A stretch of DNA of 64,000 bases from Candidatus Poribacteria bacterium (GTDB lineage: Bacteria; Poribacteria; WGA-4E; WGA-3G), in contig CAXXUA010000005.1 of the NCBI GenBank assembly GCA_963663765.2, positions 1 to 64,000 on the forward strand, written 5' to 3'. Positions within the stretch are counted from its first letter, which is position 1. Every line of letters begins with the position of its first letter. The notes beneath the pieces were generated by a model. That model was not told where the DNA came from and did not search any database. It was given only the letters and a program-made list of their open reading frames with translations. A program made the position numbers and the translations under genes. This document shows positions 1 to 10,951 of this stretch, in pieces.

Positions 1-71
1 TCCCTACTATGTCCACAGTTCCTTAACGTCAAGCAAGCTTTGATAGAAACTTTAGATACTTCTTTTATAGT

Positions 72-418
72 CAGGCCTTACGCACCCAACCTGCAGGCGT
101 GCTTTGTCCGCGCGCCCCCCAACTGCATCCCACCTGCCCCCTAACTGCAGGCGTGCTTTGTAAGCGCGCCACCCAACCGCATCCCACCTGCCCCCTAACT
201 GCAGGCGTGCTTTGTAAGCGCGCCTCCCAACTGCCACCCATCTGCACCCCAACTGCAGCCGTGCTTTGTCCGCGCGCCACCCAACTGCAGCCGTGCTTTG
301 TCCGCGCGCCCCCAACTGCAGGCGTGCTTTGTCCGCGCGCCGAAAACCTAAATAATGCTGAATATTACAGCGTTTCGTCTTAATTCTTGATTGGAGCATG
401 AAAACTGCGCAAGTCCTG
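72..418 (+). mobile_element. MITE family A copy, expanded by 6 tandem REP arms
   Basis: Ends CAGGCCTTACGCA / TGCGCAAGTCCTG are variants of the family TIR CAGGACTTACGCA. GCAGGCGTGCTTTGT(AA/CC)GCGCGCC occurs at 93, 147, 201, 255, 287 and 318, separated by C-rich linkers. Confidence 0.85.
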
Positions 419-435
419 TGTTTAACTTTACAGTG

Positions 436-1455
436 TTATTCTGTCTTTTGTATCATAAGAGATTTTGCACGTAGGCTAAGACGATCTAAAACCGAAGGGT
501 TTACCACGGTTTCAGGTAACTTTCCTGTTAGTACCTGAGCGACACACCTTGCTGCAGCGACTTGCAAATCTAATATTGATTCTTCAGAGATAAAAGCAGC
601 GTGCGGTGTGATAATCACATTGTCAAGTTTGAGTAATTTGTCATCTGAATGTGGCGGTTCGGTTTCCAAGACATCTAATCCAGCACCAGCAATTTCTCCG
701 TCCTCAATTGCGGTGACAAGTGCTTCAGTGTCAATAATTCCACCGCGTGACGTGTTTATCAGAAATGCAGTCGGTTTCATCACACGAAATTCTTCAATAC
801 TGAACATGTGTTGCGTCTCAGGAGTCAATGGTGCGTGGATAGCGATAAAATCGGATGTTTTGAGAAGTTCTTGAAAAGTGACCTGTTCTGCACCAGATTG
901 CCGAATTGCATCAGACGTAGCACGCGGTGAATAGACATTTACATTCAGTCCAAACGCTTTCGCTTTTGGTATAACTGCTTTAGCAATGTTCCCAAACCCA
1001 ACAATACCAAAATTCTTACCCCGTAATCTATACATCTGCGAGCCAAGATTCTGTTCCCATATACCCGATTTGGCAGCTACATTGAAATGTGATATGTTTC
1101 TGGCACAAGCAAGAAGAAGTGCCATTGCATGGTCAGAGACTTCATCAACGCAATATGTAGGCACATTTGTTACAATGATGCCATTTTCAGTGGCAGACTC
1201 AACATCAATGTTGTCCAAACCGATTCCATAACGTGTAATAATCTGACATTTTTCGGCGGCGGTTATGACACATTCACGCACAGGTTTCCAACAAGTGAGA
1301 ATACCGTCTACAGTTGGAGCAAAACTGAGGAGTTCTGTTTCGTCACCCGTTTCAGCGACGATTAACTCAGCACCAATATCTGCAAGCAGCTTACGTTCTG
1401 GTTCAAGAGAACGCCACGCGTAATCTGTTATAAGCACTTTCAAATTGTTTTGCAT
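436..1455 (-). CDS. D-isomer-specific 2-hydroxyacid dehydrogenase (CtBP/SerA-like)
   Basis: GIVGFGNIA Rossmann motif, INTSRGGII, GAGLDVLETEP and catalytic TPHAA; 339 aa. Confidence 0.92.
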   Translation of the reverse strand: MQNNLKVLITDYAWRSLEPERKLLADIGAELIVAETGDETELLSFAPTVDGILTCWKPVRECVITAAEKCQIITRYGIGLDNIDVESATENGIIVTNVPTYCVDEVSDHAMALLLACARNISHFNVAAKSGIWEQNLGSQMYRLRGKNFGIVGFGNIAKAVIPKAKAFGLNVNVYSPRATSDAIRQSGAEQVTFQELLKTSDFIAIHAPLTPETQHMFSIEEFRVMKPTAFLINTSRGGIIDTEALVTAIEDGEIAGAGLDVLETEPPHSDDKLLKLDNVIITPHAAFISEESILDLQVAAARCVAQVLTGKLPETVVNPSVLDRLSLRAKSLMIQKTE

Positions 1456-1479
1456 TTTTCCTACCGTCAGTAACCGATC

Positions 1480-2862
1480 CTACAAGAAAACTTTACCCGG
1501 ATTCATCAAATTCTGAGGATCTAAGGCACGCTTGATTGCACGCATCATGTCAACTGCTTCCCCATGTTCCTTTTCTAATGCTGTTCGTTTCCCAATCCCA
1601 ATTCCATGTTCTCCACTACAAGTACCATCCAACTTCAAAGCAATGTCTATAATCTGTTCGCTGATATACTGTGCTTCTGCCAATTCCCCATCATTACAGG
1701 GTTCAAGTGGAAAGACAACGTGGAAGTTCCCATCACCCACATGTCCGAGCATCGTTGAAATGAGATTAGAACTGTCAAGTAATATTCTTGTTTTGGCAAT
1801 ACATTCAGCAAGACAAGATATTGGCACACAAACATCAGTTACATAACCGACTGAACCGGAGCGTAGGTTAAGTGCAGCATGATAACTATCATACCGCGCT
1901 TGCCAGAGACGTTTACGTTCTGTTTCGTCTAAGGCATAGCGAAAATCTCCGCTTCCGTTTGCTGTCGCCACCTTACCAGCAACCTTTGAACTTTCCGAAA
2001 CAGCATTTGCTGATCCATGAAATTCAAAGAAAAGTGTCGGTGCAACTTCGTATTCCAACCCAGAATATTTGTTCACTGCATCCATCTGACGTTCATCCAA
2101 TAGTTCTATACGAGCAATGCTGATACCTGTATTCATCAGTTCAATAACCGTGTTGACAGCAGACTCAACGGTTGGAAACGCACAGACTGCAGCAGCGACT
2201 GCATCGGGCAACTGAGCCAATTTCAATGTGATTTCGGTAATTATGCCTAATGTGCCTTCGGATCCAATGAAAAGACGTGTCAAATCATAACCCGCAGCGG
2301 ATTTACGAGCTCTTCCACCTGTTTTGACAATTATACCATCAGCAGTAATCACGGTTAAACCGAGAACGTTATCCTGCATTGTACCGTAGTAGACAGCACT
2401 TGTTCCTGAAGCACGCGTTGCTGCCATGCCACCTAATGAAGCATCTGCACCCGGATCAACAGGAAAATGGAGACGTGTCTCAAGTTCTGCAAGGTGTGTA
2501 TTCAATTGTCCACGGGTAACACCTGCTTGTACAGTCACATCTCTATCATCTACATTCACACTAAGAATGCGGTTCATTTTGTTTAATGCGATGCAAAGTG
2601 TTCCTTCATTAGCAACAACTGCACCTTCAACGCCAGTGCCAGTACCGTAAGGGATTATCGGCATATTATATTTCGCACAAATTTTGACGATCTCAGAAAC
2701 TTCAACGTTGGTTTTTGGAAAGACAACTGCATCTGGCAGTGTCCCCCGATGATATGATGCATCCCGTGCATGTACATCTCTGACGGTTTCGTCCGTGCTG
2801 AATCGATTCCCAAGCAGTGAACGTAGTTCTTTATAATGCTGTTTTATATTGTGTTGACTCAT
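1480..2862 (-). CDS. FAD-linked oxidase, D-lactate dehydrogenase/GlcD family
   Basis: PYGTGTGVEG, DPGADASLGGM, GYDLTRLFIGSEGTLG, GHVGDGNFH, GEHGIG and NPGK motifs. Confidence 0.92.
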   Translation of the reverse strand: MSQHNIKQHYKELRSLLGNRFSTDETVRDVHARDASYHRGTLPDAVVFPKTNVEVSEIVKICAKYNMPIIPYGTGTGVEGAVVANEGTLCIALNKMNRILSVNVDDRDVTVQAGVTRGQLNTHLAELETRLHFPVDPGADASLGGMAATRASGTSAVYYGTMQDNVLGLTVITADGIIVKTGGRARKSAAGYDLTRLFIGSEGTLGIITEITLKLAQLPDAVAAAVCAFPTVESAVNTVIELMNTGISIARIELLDERQMDAVNKYSGLEYEVAPTLFFEFHGSANAVSESSKVAGKVATANGSGDFRYALDETERKRLWQARYDSYHAALNLRSGSVGYVTDVCVPISCLAECIAKTRILLDSSNLISTMLGHVGDGNFHVVFPLEPCNDGELAEAQYISEQIIDIALKLDGTCSGEHGIGIGKRTALEKEHGEAVDMMRAIKRALDPQNLMNPGKVFL

Positions 2863-2916
2863 GCTATCGGTATTTTAGCATGATTTGTGTGTAGTGGCAA
2901 GGTAAAGTAGGTGATA

Positions 2917-4060
2917 AGAGTGTGTAAAGTTTTGGTCACTGTGCGTAGGGGCGGGGTCTCCCCGCACCATAGCCGTCAATTTAAGAAAATATTGTTGTCA
3001 TTTCTCTTGTGGGAGGGGTTTTCAACCCCGATTTGAGAGGAAAAGCGCATAAATTCGGGGTTGAAAACCCCTCCCACAATACGTCAATTTAAGAAAATAT
3101 TGTTGTCATTTCTCTTGTAGGAGGGGTTTTCAACCCCGATTTGAGAGGAAAAGCGCATAAATTCGGGGTTGAAAACCCCTCCCACAATACGTCAAAATCC
3201 TTACATTGACGCCTATGGGGCGGAGTCTCCCAGCCCCATAGGCGTCAATTTAAAAAAAAGTGTTTGCATTTTCTCTTGTGGGAGGGGTTTTCAACCCCGA
3301 TTTGAGAGGAAAAGCGCATAAATTCGGGGTTGAAAACCCCTCCCACAATACGTCAAAATCCTTACATTGACGCTTATGGGGCGGGGTCTCCCAGCCCCAT
3401 AGGCGTCAATTTAAGAAAAAAGTGTTTGCATTTTCTCTTGTGGGAGGGGTTTTCAACCCCGATATGACAGAAGATGAACATAAAATCCAAATCAACGTCA
3501 GAAGCGCGTTTGGCTTCTGTCAGGGTTGAAAACCCCTCCCACAATACGTCAAAATCCCTAAATTGACGCTTATGGGGCGGGGTCTCCCAGCCCCATAGAC
3601 GTCAATTTAAGAAAAAAGTGTTTGCATTTTCTCTTGTGGGAGGGGTTTTCAACCCCGATATGACAGAAGATGAACATAAAATCCAAATCAACGTCAGAAG
3701 CGTGTTTGGCTTCTGACGGGGTTGAAAACCCCTCCCACAATACGTCAAAATCCCTAAATTGACGCTTATGGGGCGGGGTTTACACGCGCGATCTACGCAA
3801 ACTTTAAAACCAAACGGGTTGGGGAACCCAACCCCTACGAATTCAACTACCGATTTGATTGTCAATCTTCATTAGGTGTCAATATAAGGAAATATTGTCA
3901 ATATCAACCATACGCTTCAGTCCCGTAGGGACGATATGTTTATAGAAATACATATCCTCACGTCTTTTTTAGTCCCGTAGGGACGATATGTTTAAACTTT
4001 TTATGTCGTTCCTACGGAACTCAAGAGAGGGGTGATAACGTCTTTCTATAAAAAATCAGA
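2917..4060. repeat. Intergenic mosaic of REP doublets and MITE ends
   Basis: Five doublets GTGGGAGGGGTTTTCAACCCCG...CGGGGTTGAAAACCCCTCCCAC lie in tandem units bounded by GCGTCAATTTAAG / CTTA(C/A)ATTGACGC. A family C end (GTGTGTAAAGTTTT) sits at about 2920 and AGTCCCGTAGGGACGATATGTTTA copies at about 3919 and 3971. Confidence 0.9.
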
Positions 4061-4094
4061 CATTGCTTAACGGTTCGGTATAAATTATTGTCTA

Positions 4095-4520
4095 TTATTC
4101 CACTACATGTTTTTTCTTACGTACCTTTTCAAGACATATATCGTTAAATAATTCAACGAATAATTCACAGATAGTCGATATGCGATCCATTGGATACGCA
4201 TAGACGGAATCATAGTTTTCATTCACCCATCCTTTATCATTTACGATCTGTGCCAATATTCTCGCCAATGGCTGAGATGAATTATCCTCGCTTGACTTGC
4301 AAAGTGAGAATGTTACTTCTATATAATATACCCATTCTCTTTTGTTTCTATCAACTATCTCAACATCTTCTATTGTGAGTAATTCTTGTTCTATGCCATG
4401 CTGGATGTGCTCTCTGAACTTAGTAATTTCATTGTTGGATTCTTGTTGTTGTGGTTTAGTATCTACAGCAACTTTTAGCATAATGTCCTCCTTTTTAGTA
4501 ATATGTTTGTAGCTAGACAT
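4095..4520 (-). CDS. hypothetical protein
   Basis: 141-aa ORF co-oriented with its upstream neighbour. AAGGAGG precedes the MLKVAV start at about 4481, which is the more likely start. Confidence 0.6.
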   Translation of the reverse strand: MSSYKHITKKEDIMLKVAVDTKPQQQESNNEITKFREHIQHGIEQELLTIEDVEIVDRNKREWVYYIEVTFSLCKSSEDNSSQPLARILAQIVNDKGWVNENYDSVYAYPMDRISTICELFVELFNDICLEKVRKKKHVVE

Positions 4521-4534
4521 GCTAAGCTAACAAT

Positions 4535-5068
4535 TTAATTACTAAATTGAGAGTTTATTTTACGTATTGGTTCAAGTATCTGAGTATCAAATCGAACAAC
4601 AATATCTTTGCCTACTTTATATATTGTGTCAGTATTGTAATTCCCAACACCCAAAATAGGTGGAAAATAAAGTTCGTTTTCAAAACTTTTTAGTACTTCC
4701 CAACCAGCATTAGTTATCAAACCTTTATACATACGCATTCTGAATTTCTGTAAAAACATATAAGCGATAGACATACTTCCAGATTTTTGTCCAGTCTGTT
4801 CATATTTACCTTCAAGTGCGATGATCATCAATCCATATCCTGCATCTTTACTCCCAGCCTCAATTTGTACGTCCTGTAGGCTTCTGAGTTCGCGTTTTAT
4901 ATGACTTTCAATGGAAGCCTTTGTATTTTTATCCTCACAATGTATATCAACATGAACCTTGAATTTTGGGAAAGTGGTTTGTCTTTGGACTTGACTGTGG
5001 ATTGGTTTGCCTGTAAAGGAAAGTACTGAAAACGCTGTTAATAATATAAGTATACAATATCTTTTCAT
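4535..5068 (-). CDS. hypothetical secreted protein
   Basis: Signal-peptide-like N-terminus MKRYCILILLTAFSVLSF; GAGGTG RBS upstream. Confidence 0.7.
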   Translation of the reverse strand: MKRYCILILLTAFSVLSFTGKPIHSQVQRQTTFPKFKVHVDIHCEDKNTKASIESHIKRELRSLQDVQIEAGSKDAGYGLMIIALEGKYEQTGQKSGSMSIAYMFLQKFRMRMYKGLITNAGWEVLKSFENELYFPPILGVGNYNTDTIYKVGKDIVVRFDTQILEPIRKINSQFSN

Positions 5069-5161
5069 AGTTCACCTCTATTTGATGGTTACTCATTTTT
5101 GGGGACACGGGCGATGAGGTAATCTTCTAACTCTATGTCTAAAAGTTCCTTCTCGACAACT

Positions 5162-5600
5162 TTACAAATTATGTAAACACTCTCCCTTTTTTAGCTGCGC
5201 CAGATAGGGACGTTGACTCGGTTGCATCTGGCAATTTATGCTAAACACATCCGGTAATTCTTTGGTTGAATGGGCTTTTAGTTTCACATACATCATATCA
5301 ATGATTTGGGTAAATTCTTCAATCTTGCTTTGTATGAGTACGATTTTACCTTTGTATTTCTTATCCACTGCAAAGGCATTGTTTTCATTGTCTTTTGTAA
5401 TGGTCTGTGCATGGATTTTATATGCTGCTTTTTCTAAAGCGAGATCAAAGGGTGTTTTTTCCGGTTCGTCCAGTAGTAGATTTCGGATAAATGTGTTGGC
5501 TTCTGTGCTGTACGCTTGGTTCTGTTGTCTTGCTACTGTTCCGATTAGTCGGAATGTTGTGGGCTTGTCTTGATACTGGATTGTTACTGCGTTGCCATTG
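5162..5600 (-). pseudogene. OB-fold (tRNA_anti-like) protein remnant with SNase-like N-terminal piece
   Basis: The frame extends upstream of the 68-aa ORF with no start codon: AVTIQYQDKPTTFRLIG...ITKDNENNAFAVDKKYKGKIVLI. The N-x3-AD-K-YKGK pattern resembles OB-fold lipoproteins. It lies next to an IS. Confidence 0.4.
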
Positions 5601-5678
5601 TTTGTTTAAAGTATAGCACAGATTTCGAATATTTGCTATTTTTGAGCAACACAGTAATTTATTAGACATTATATGAGT

Positions 5679-6612
5679 TTAATCAAAATGTTTTTCATAA
5701 CACCGAGGTCTGAAGTTTAGACGAAAGTTATGTAATCCACAACAGATTTTCATGACTAAATCACTGAAACCTTGTTTCCAATTGCGCAACTTGTCTTTGA
5801 CTATGCGGTATCTTTTGACACTACTAATCACATGTTCAACGCGGATACGGATAGACGCTATTTCTCGGTTTCTTGCTTTTTCAGCTGCTGTCAGTTCACC
5901 ACCTTTCGGTTTCTTTTTCGGTTGGACAATAGTAATACCCGCAAGATTAAAACCTAAAAAACCGGAATCTTGGTATAAACAACTACCACTTGGCAAAAAA
6001 GATACTGTTTCATCGGCAATACGCTTATCATGCATGCTGCCTTTGCACGTAGGAGACAATACCAATATTTCGCACGCAGCATTAATAAGCAGATTATTCT
6101 TTACAGTATGTTGTTTCTTTTTGCCACTATAATAGTCCTTCTGTGCTTGTTGGTCTTTCGGACGCTGTATCGGACGCTCTGTACAATCTTGAAAAAAATG
6201 TTCGGGTGCCGTTGTGTCACTTTCAACATCTGTCTCTTTTTCAAAAGTCTCAGAAGTTGCCTCACGAGATGGCACCTCACCGAGTTCATCTAATGCTTGG
6301 TGTAATATCGGTGAAAGTAGGTGTATCCATTTATGCGTCTCAGGTTGAGACAAATCAAAGAACATACCATGAACATCTTGGGTCCACGCTTGTCGTAGAT
6401 AGATCAAAATAAACAGAAGTTTATCTTCCATATTTGACAAACGACTATTTTTATAAGTGGTATAACGCCGTTTTTTTCGTTCTTGACCATCAAGTGTTTT
6501 GGTAGAGACAAACGCTAAAAAATGTGTCGTCCAAATCGGAAGAAGTGCTAAAAATTCTTCAGTAGTAAAACCCGTTAGTTTTTGTAACTTAACGTGAGTT
6601 TGATAATTAAAA
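5679..6612 (-). mobile_element. IS5-like (DDE_Tnp_4/HARBI1-type) transposase, 5' end disrupted
   Basis: QDCTERPIQRP, YSGKKKQH, QDSGFLG and RIRVEHVI motifs. The frame continues upstream of 6440 (LTGFTTEEF) until the MITE at 6614. Confidence 0.85.
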
Positions 6613-6613
6613 A

Positions 6614-6757
6614 CTAGTGTTGAGTCAACATACTATTGTAGGTTGAGATTAGGAGATCGCTCCTACAGAAGTCTTGTGTATTGTGTGTATTGTAGGAGGG
6701 AACTCCGATTCCCGACTACTTTTTAGACCCATCAATAAACACTTGACTAAGCACTAG
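6614..6757. mobile_element. MITE (CTAG-ended) carrying REP-like arms
   Basis: Inverted ends CTAGTGTTGAGTCAA / TTGACTAAGCACTAG; internal GGAGATCGCTCCTAC and GTAGGAGGGAACTCCGATTCCCGA. Confidence 0.65.
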
Positions 6758-6818
6758 TAAATAGAGAACCCCTTTGTTATTATGAAGTATTCCAAATACT
6801 TACATAAGGAGTTCTCTG

Positions 6819-7328
6819 ATGGATATCATAACACTTTACTGTATAATTGACAATTTTTTTCTTGCGTATCTACAATATCAAGCAAAACACCAGTTACCAG
6901 AAATACCCGGGACAAGCAATACCCGTGGCAGACCCAGGCGTCTTCATACTAGCGAAGTAATGACGATACTTATTTATTTTCATCAACATAAGTGTAAAAA
7001 CTTCAAAACCTATTATCAAGAGTATGTCTGTAGCAACCTCCGTTGGGCGTTTCCAAACCTTGTCAGCTATAGTCGGTTTGTGCAGCTTGCACAAGAGGTT
7101 TTGATGCCGTTGTCTATTCTTCTAAACACCCGTTTCGGTGAATGTAATGGGACTTCCTTGATTGACTCAACGCCACTTCCAGTTTGCCATAATCGTCGGA
7201 TTTCAACGCATCGCGTCTTCGCTGATGGGGCAGAACGATCCAAAACCTCTATGGGATGGTTCTACAGGTTCAAACTGCATCTCGTCATCAATGATCAAGG
7301 TGAACTGCTGTCTGCTACTGTAATTTAA
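6819..7328 (+). pseudogene. IS982 family transposase, C-terminally truncated
   Basis: SEVMTILIYFH, FPNLVSYSRFV, IDSTPLPVC and GWFYRFKLHLVIND motifs; stops at 169 aa. Confidence 0.88.
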
Positions 7329-7337
7329 ACTTATATA

Positions 7338-7652
7338 ATGTCTATTGTAAAACAGTGTATAATTACCGATGTATGTTCGGTGGCGGGTTTACCAACTACA
7401 ATCCTTTGCGATCCGTCACCACCCCACACTGGAATTATGAAATCACTTGAGTCTATGCGGGAATATATCACGGGTAAGCATGGGAAGGAAATCAAGTGGG
7501 AGGTTTGGTCTAAAGCGAATGAGCGTGGAATCGGACAGTGGTATACAAGTAAGAGGTCTGTTGCACATGAAAATTCACTGACAATTGGGTTTTGTCAAGT
7601 GTCCTGGGATGAGTTGCAGATGAGTCTTTTTGATATGCTGGTGTCGGCTTAG
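7338..7652 (+). CDS. hypothetical protein (possibly a fragment)
   Basis: 104-aa ORF co-oriented with the XRE and integrase genes; no recognised motif. Confidence 0.35.
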   Translation: MSIVKQCIITDVCSVAGLPTTILCDPSPPHTGIMKSLESMREYITGKHGKEIKWEVWSKANERGIGQWYTSKRSVAHENSLTIGFCQVSWDELQMSLFDMLVSA

Positions 7653-7681
7653 ATGTATAATTATTTTTGAAAGGAACAAAT

Positions 7682-7945
7682 ATGCGATCAAGATTTTCTA
7701 TACGGCTGAAGGAACGTAGGAATGAATTGGGGATGAGACAGGGGGATCTGGCAGAGGTATGTGATCTAACGCCAGCAGCGATTTCTCAATTTGAAACAGA
7801 TTTGAGAAAACCGAGTTATGAATCTTTGCAAAAGTTGTCTACAGGCTTGTATGTTACTATTGATTTTTTGATTGGTAGGAAAGAGCTTGAAACAGAGGAC
7901 TATCTTGCAGATAGCAGAGTCGCTGAGATGCTGGAGGGATGTTGA
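7682..7945 (+). CDS. XRE family helix-turn-helix regulator
   Basis: RLKERRNELGMRQGDLAEVCDLTPAAISQFETDLRKPS HTH_3 pattern; AAGGA RBS before the ATG at 7682. Confidence 0.85.
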   Translation: MRSRFSIRLKERRNELGMRQGDLAEVCDLTPAAISQFETDLRKPSYESLQKLSTGLYVTIDFLIGRKELETEDYLADSRVAEMLEGC

Positions 7946-8021
7946 CGCTTCCTGAAAAGCAGAAACACATGCTGTTTCGGGTGTATGAGGGGTTGGCTGC
8001 TGATTATGAAAAGGGTAAGTC

Positions 8022-8686
8022 ATGAAGGGAACACGTCCATTGGATAATCACGAAATCCGAAAGATTTTTGACACTTCAAAGGGGATTTTGAGAAACGGGA
8101 TCGGGGCCTGTTTTTATTGGGGGTCTCGGTGGGTGGACGTATCTCTGAGTTGCTGGGTTTACGCGTTTGGGATGTGTGGCAGAATGACTCACCAGTGTCT
8201 GATCTGTTTTTCCGCAAAAGTATCTTGAAGGGGAAGGAGGAGTCTCGGACGGTGCCGGTGAATTCTGACGGACGCGGCGCTATTTGTGATCTGATGGATT
8301 ACCAGCTGGCGCGATTTAGGAGAGTGTCGGCTGGCAGATGGCTTTTTCCGAGTAGGCTCGCTGGTGGGAGTAGACCTTTACATCGGCAAACTGCTCATAC
8401 GGCTCTGAAGCGGGCTTTTGTTGGTGCGGGGCTGAATGGTAAACTGGCGACTCATTCGCTGCGGAAGTCTTTTGTGCAACGACTTTATGATGCTACTGCC
8501 GATATTTACGCTGTGCAGGAGATGCTCGGACATAAGAATGTGACGACCACACAGCGTTATTTGGGTGTAAATTATGCGAAGGTTCGGGATGCACTTGAGT
8601 CTGTGGTCGCGATACCAAGAACTGAACGTGACATAAGAGGTATTTTGTCATGTTCGGAAATTTCGGGTGACGCTAAAATGGCGTAA
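8022..8686 (+). pseudogene. tyrosine recombinase/integrase, frameshifted
   Basis: N-terminus MKGTRPLDNHEIR is in one frame. GRISELLGL, HSLRKSF and LGHKNVTTTQRY (R-HxxR-H-Y catalytic set) are in another. The shift is near 8080-8110. Confidence 0.85.
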
Positions 8687-8698
8687 CGTTTTAATAAT

Positions 8699-9202
8699 TT
8701 ATCTGATAGTATTTATTTTTTTATCTCCAAAAATATCTTTGATAGACAAAGATGCAGTAGAATGTGATGTTCCCAAATCCATACGACTACCATTTCCAAT
8801 GGACGACGCCATGTAAATTGATGTAGTACCATTGTTTTCAGCTGTAAATTGTATTATACTGTCAGGATTTTTGGGATTTCCGTATAGATACTTGCTTAGC
8901 ACACCTGTTTTGTCTACAGATATTATATAATTGCTATCTGTAGATATTGTTTGGTGGGATAGGACAATTGCAGATATTTCACTATTTGCTTTTAGTGTTA
9001 TGTTTGATTTATTGGGATCACCAACTAAAATTGTATCTCGGACAAAAAGTTGGTCACACTCTACAACAGTTCCTAATCTCGGATGTTGGTATTCTTTGGC
9101 ACTAATTGAACTGTCCATTTCACCTATAAGATAACCGAAAGAGGCAATTACTGCACCAATGACCATAAAAAGAATACGTTCGTAAGTTTTTTTGATTGGC
9201 AC
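8699..9202 (-). CDS. hypothetical membrane-anchored/secreted protein
   Basis: Hydrophobic N-terminal helix and beta-rich body; AAGGAG RBS before the GTG. Confidence 0.65.
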   Translation of the reverse strand: MPIKKTYERILFMVIGAVIASFGYLIGEMDSSISAKEYQHPRLGTVVECDQLFVRDTILVGDPNKSNITLKANSEISAIVLSHQTISTDSNYIISVDKTGVLSKYLYGNPKNPDSIIQFTAENNGTTSIYMASSIGNGSRMDLGTSHSTASLSIKDIFGDKKINTIR

Positions 9203-9430
9203 CTTAAACTCCTTATAATTAGGTTTTGTTATTAAAAAAAGAGAGGGTTTTCGGTAAAATAATGAGATAGAGGTCCCTCATACCACTCTTCCCTCATTTC
9301 TGCTCAATAATTATAAAGTGTAACAACTTTCTGAAAAAGTGTCAAGAAAAATTAGACTTTTTTCTTGAGGCATAAAAGCAGATAGAGTATACTAAAGGTA
9401 AATCCATACACACGCCAGAAGGAAACTCAC

Positions 9431-10154
9431 ATGAGTTGCCCAAGATGTCAACACTCACACTTCGTCAAAAACGGGTTCATCAACGAAAGACAACGCTATA
9501 AGTGTAAAGCCTGCAACTATTAATGGACAGAAAACCATGTGCCCCGTGGGAGACCCCTTTCTGAGAAGGCACTCGCTGTCTTACTCTATTGCCATGGACT
9601 TTCCATGAACGCCATCGCAAAAATGCTTCACGCATCGCCTTCCACCATCCTTGATTGGATAAGAAACTTCGGCATCGAACACGCAAAACCACCTGAACCG
9701 CAGGAAACCGCTGCTGTCGTGCTTGAACTTGATGAGATGTGGCATTATCTGAAAAAAAAAGCAGAAACTCTGGATTTGGAAAGCTTTGTGTCGTGATACT
9801 GGAGAACTCATCGCCTGAGAATGTGGTCATCGGGATAAAGCAACCTTGCAAAAACTCGTCCAACGATTAGAAAAGTGGTCTGTGAAGGTCGTCTACACCG
9901 ATGTCTGGCAGGTCTACCGATCAGTGTTCCCTAAGGATAAGTTGGTTCAGACGAAAAAGGAGACACATGGTATTGAGCGAAACAATTGCCGGATGCGTCA
10001 TTGGTTCGGACGATTTAAGCGTAAGTCTATTATCGTTTCAAAAAGTGTGGAAATGGTAAACATAACGGTTGCCTTATTTGCGAGATTTCGCGTCAATGGA
10101 GATGTCTTTGACATCCTTAAAATCGGACAAACACAACCTTGTATCATTATTTAG
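9431..10154 (+). pseudogene. IS1 family transposase (InsA/InsB) with premature stops
   Basis: CPRC...QRYKCKAC zinc finger, ELDEMW, an A9 slippery tract at 9752-9760, YTDVWQVY and THGIERNN. In-frame TAA at about 9521 and TGA at about 9816. Confidence 0.88.
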
Positions 10155-10156
10155 CC

Positions 10157-10951
10157 GAAAACTCTCACTCTGCCAACGCAAGGTTCATGATTTCAACACT
10201 CACACTCGGCATCAGAAGCCAATAGGTCTCACCTGTCTGCGGATGGACAAAACCGAAACCATAGAGCCATTTATAGGCTGGACACACCGGGGCTACCGGT
10301 CTTTCACCTTGCTTCGCCCAGACACGCCGATGAACAGGTAATAAGCCTAAGCGCGTCTCGTCTTCTGCCCAAATCTCTACAGGTTTCTCCGGGTGCTGAC
10401 TTTCAAGCGTAGCTACCCGATCCTTAAGTTTTTTTTAAATGTTTGCTGTGCTTCGGGGGTTGCAGCAGCCTGATGTTGTGGACGAGGCGTTTGTAAAGTC
10501 CAACCGAGACGCTTGAGATATTTCCAACCTGACACATTACTGACAGGACGCTGAAGGGTCTCAGATATCCACGCAGCTACCTTCGGACCTGTCCAAAGAC
10601 CACCATCAGCAGGGGCTCAGAAAGCACAGCTTCAAGTGCTGCTTGCTGTTTCTCATCCAAAAAACACTTGCCTTTATTGTTTTTCCGTTTATCTTGTAGA
10701 GCTGTTTCCCCTTCAGCATTATAGCGTTTGAGCAACTTGCGAACCCAGTCCGGAGTGCATCCTACAATCTCAGCGACTTCGCGGGGTGTGCGTGGATGTG
10801 TCGTATCAGCAAGAAGCCAAATAATATGCCAATGCGTCCGTTCCCGAGTACATTTACATTCAAGATACCTTTGTCTAAGAACTTCTACTGAAAAGTGAGG
10901 GAGAACCTCATGTTTTTTCTTTTTCATCTGTTCACAATAGCATATTTTCAA
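10157..10951 (-). pseudogene. IS630 family transposase, frameshifted and truncated by IS1
   Basis: HTH ERTHWHIIWLL...WVRKLLKRYN. Downstream frames give PRPQH and WAEDETRLGL...YKWLY and end at the IS1 boundary. Confidence 0.82.

Noticed and set aside
52-399. Repetitive ORFs (RAYKARLQ type), also 13426-13868, 29289-29790, 36261-36449 and 3602-3865
   Set aside because: They are translations of REP/MITE DNA with no RBS or domain signal.
8022-8686. Integron integrase with cassette array
   Set aside because: The protein is short, lacks the IntI-specific insertion and is frameshifted; the intergenic hairpins are REP/MITE types rather than attC sites.
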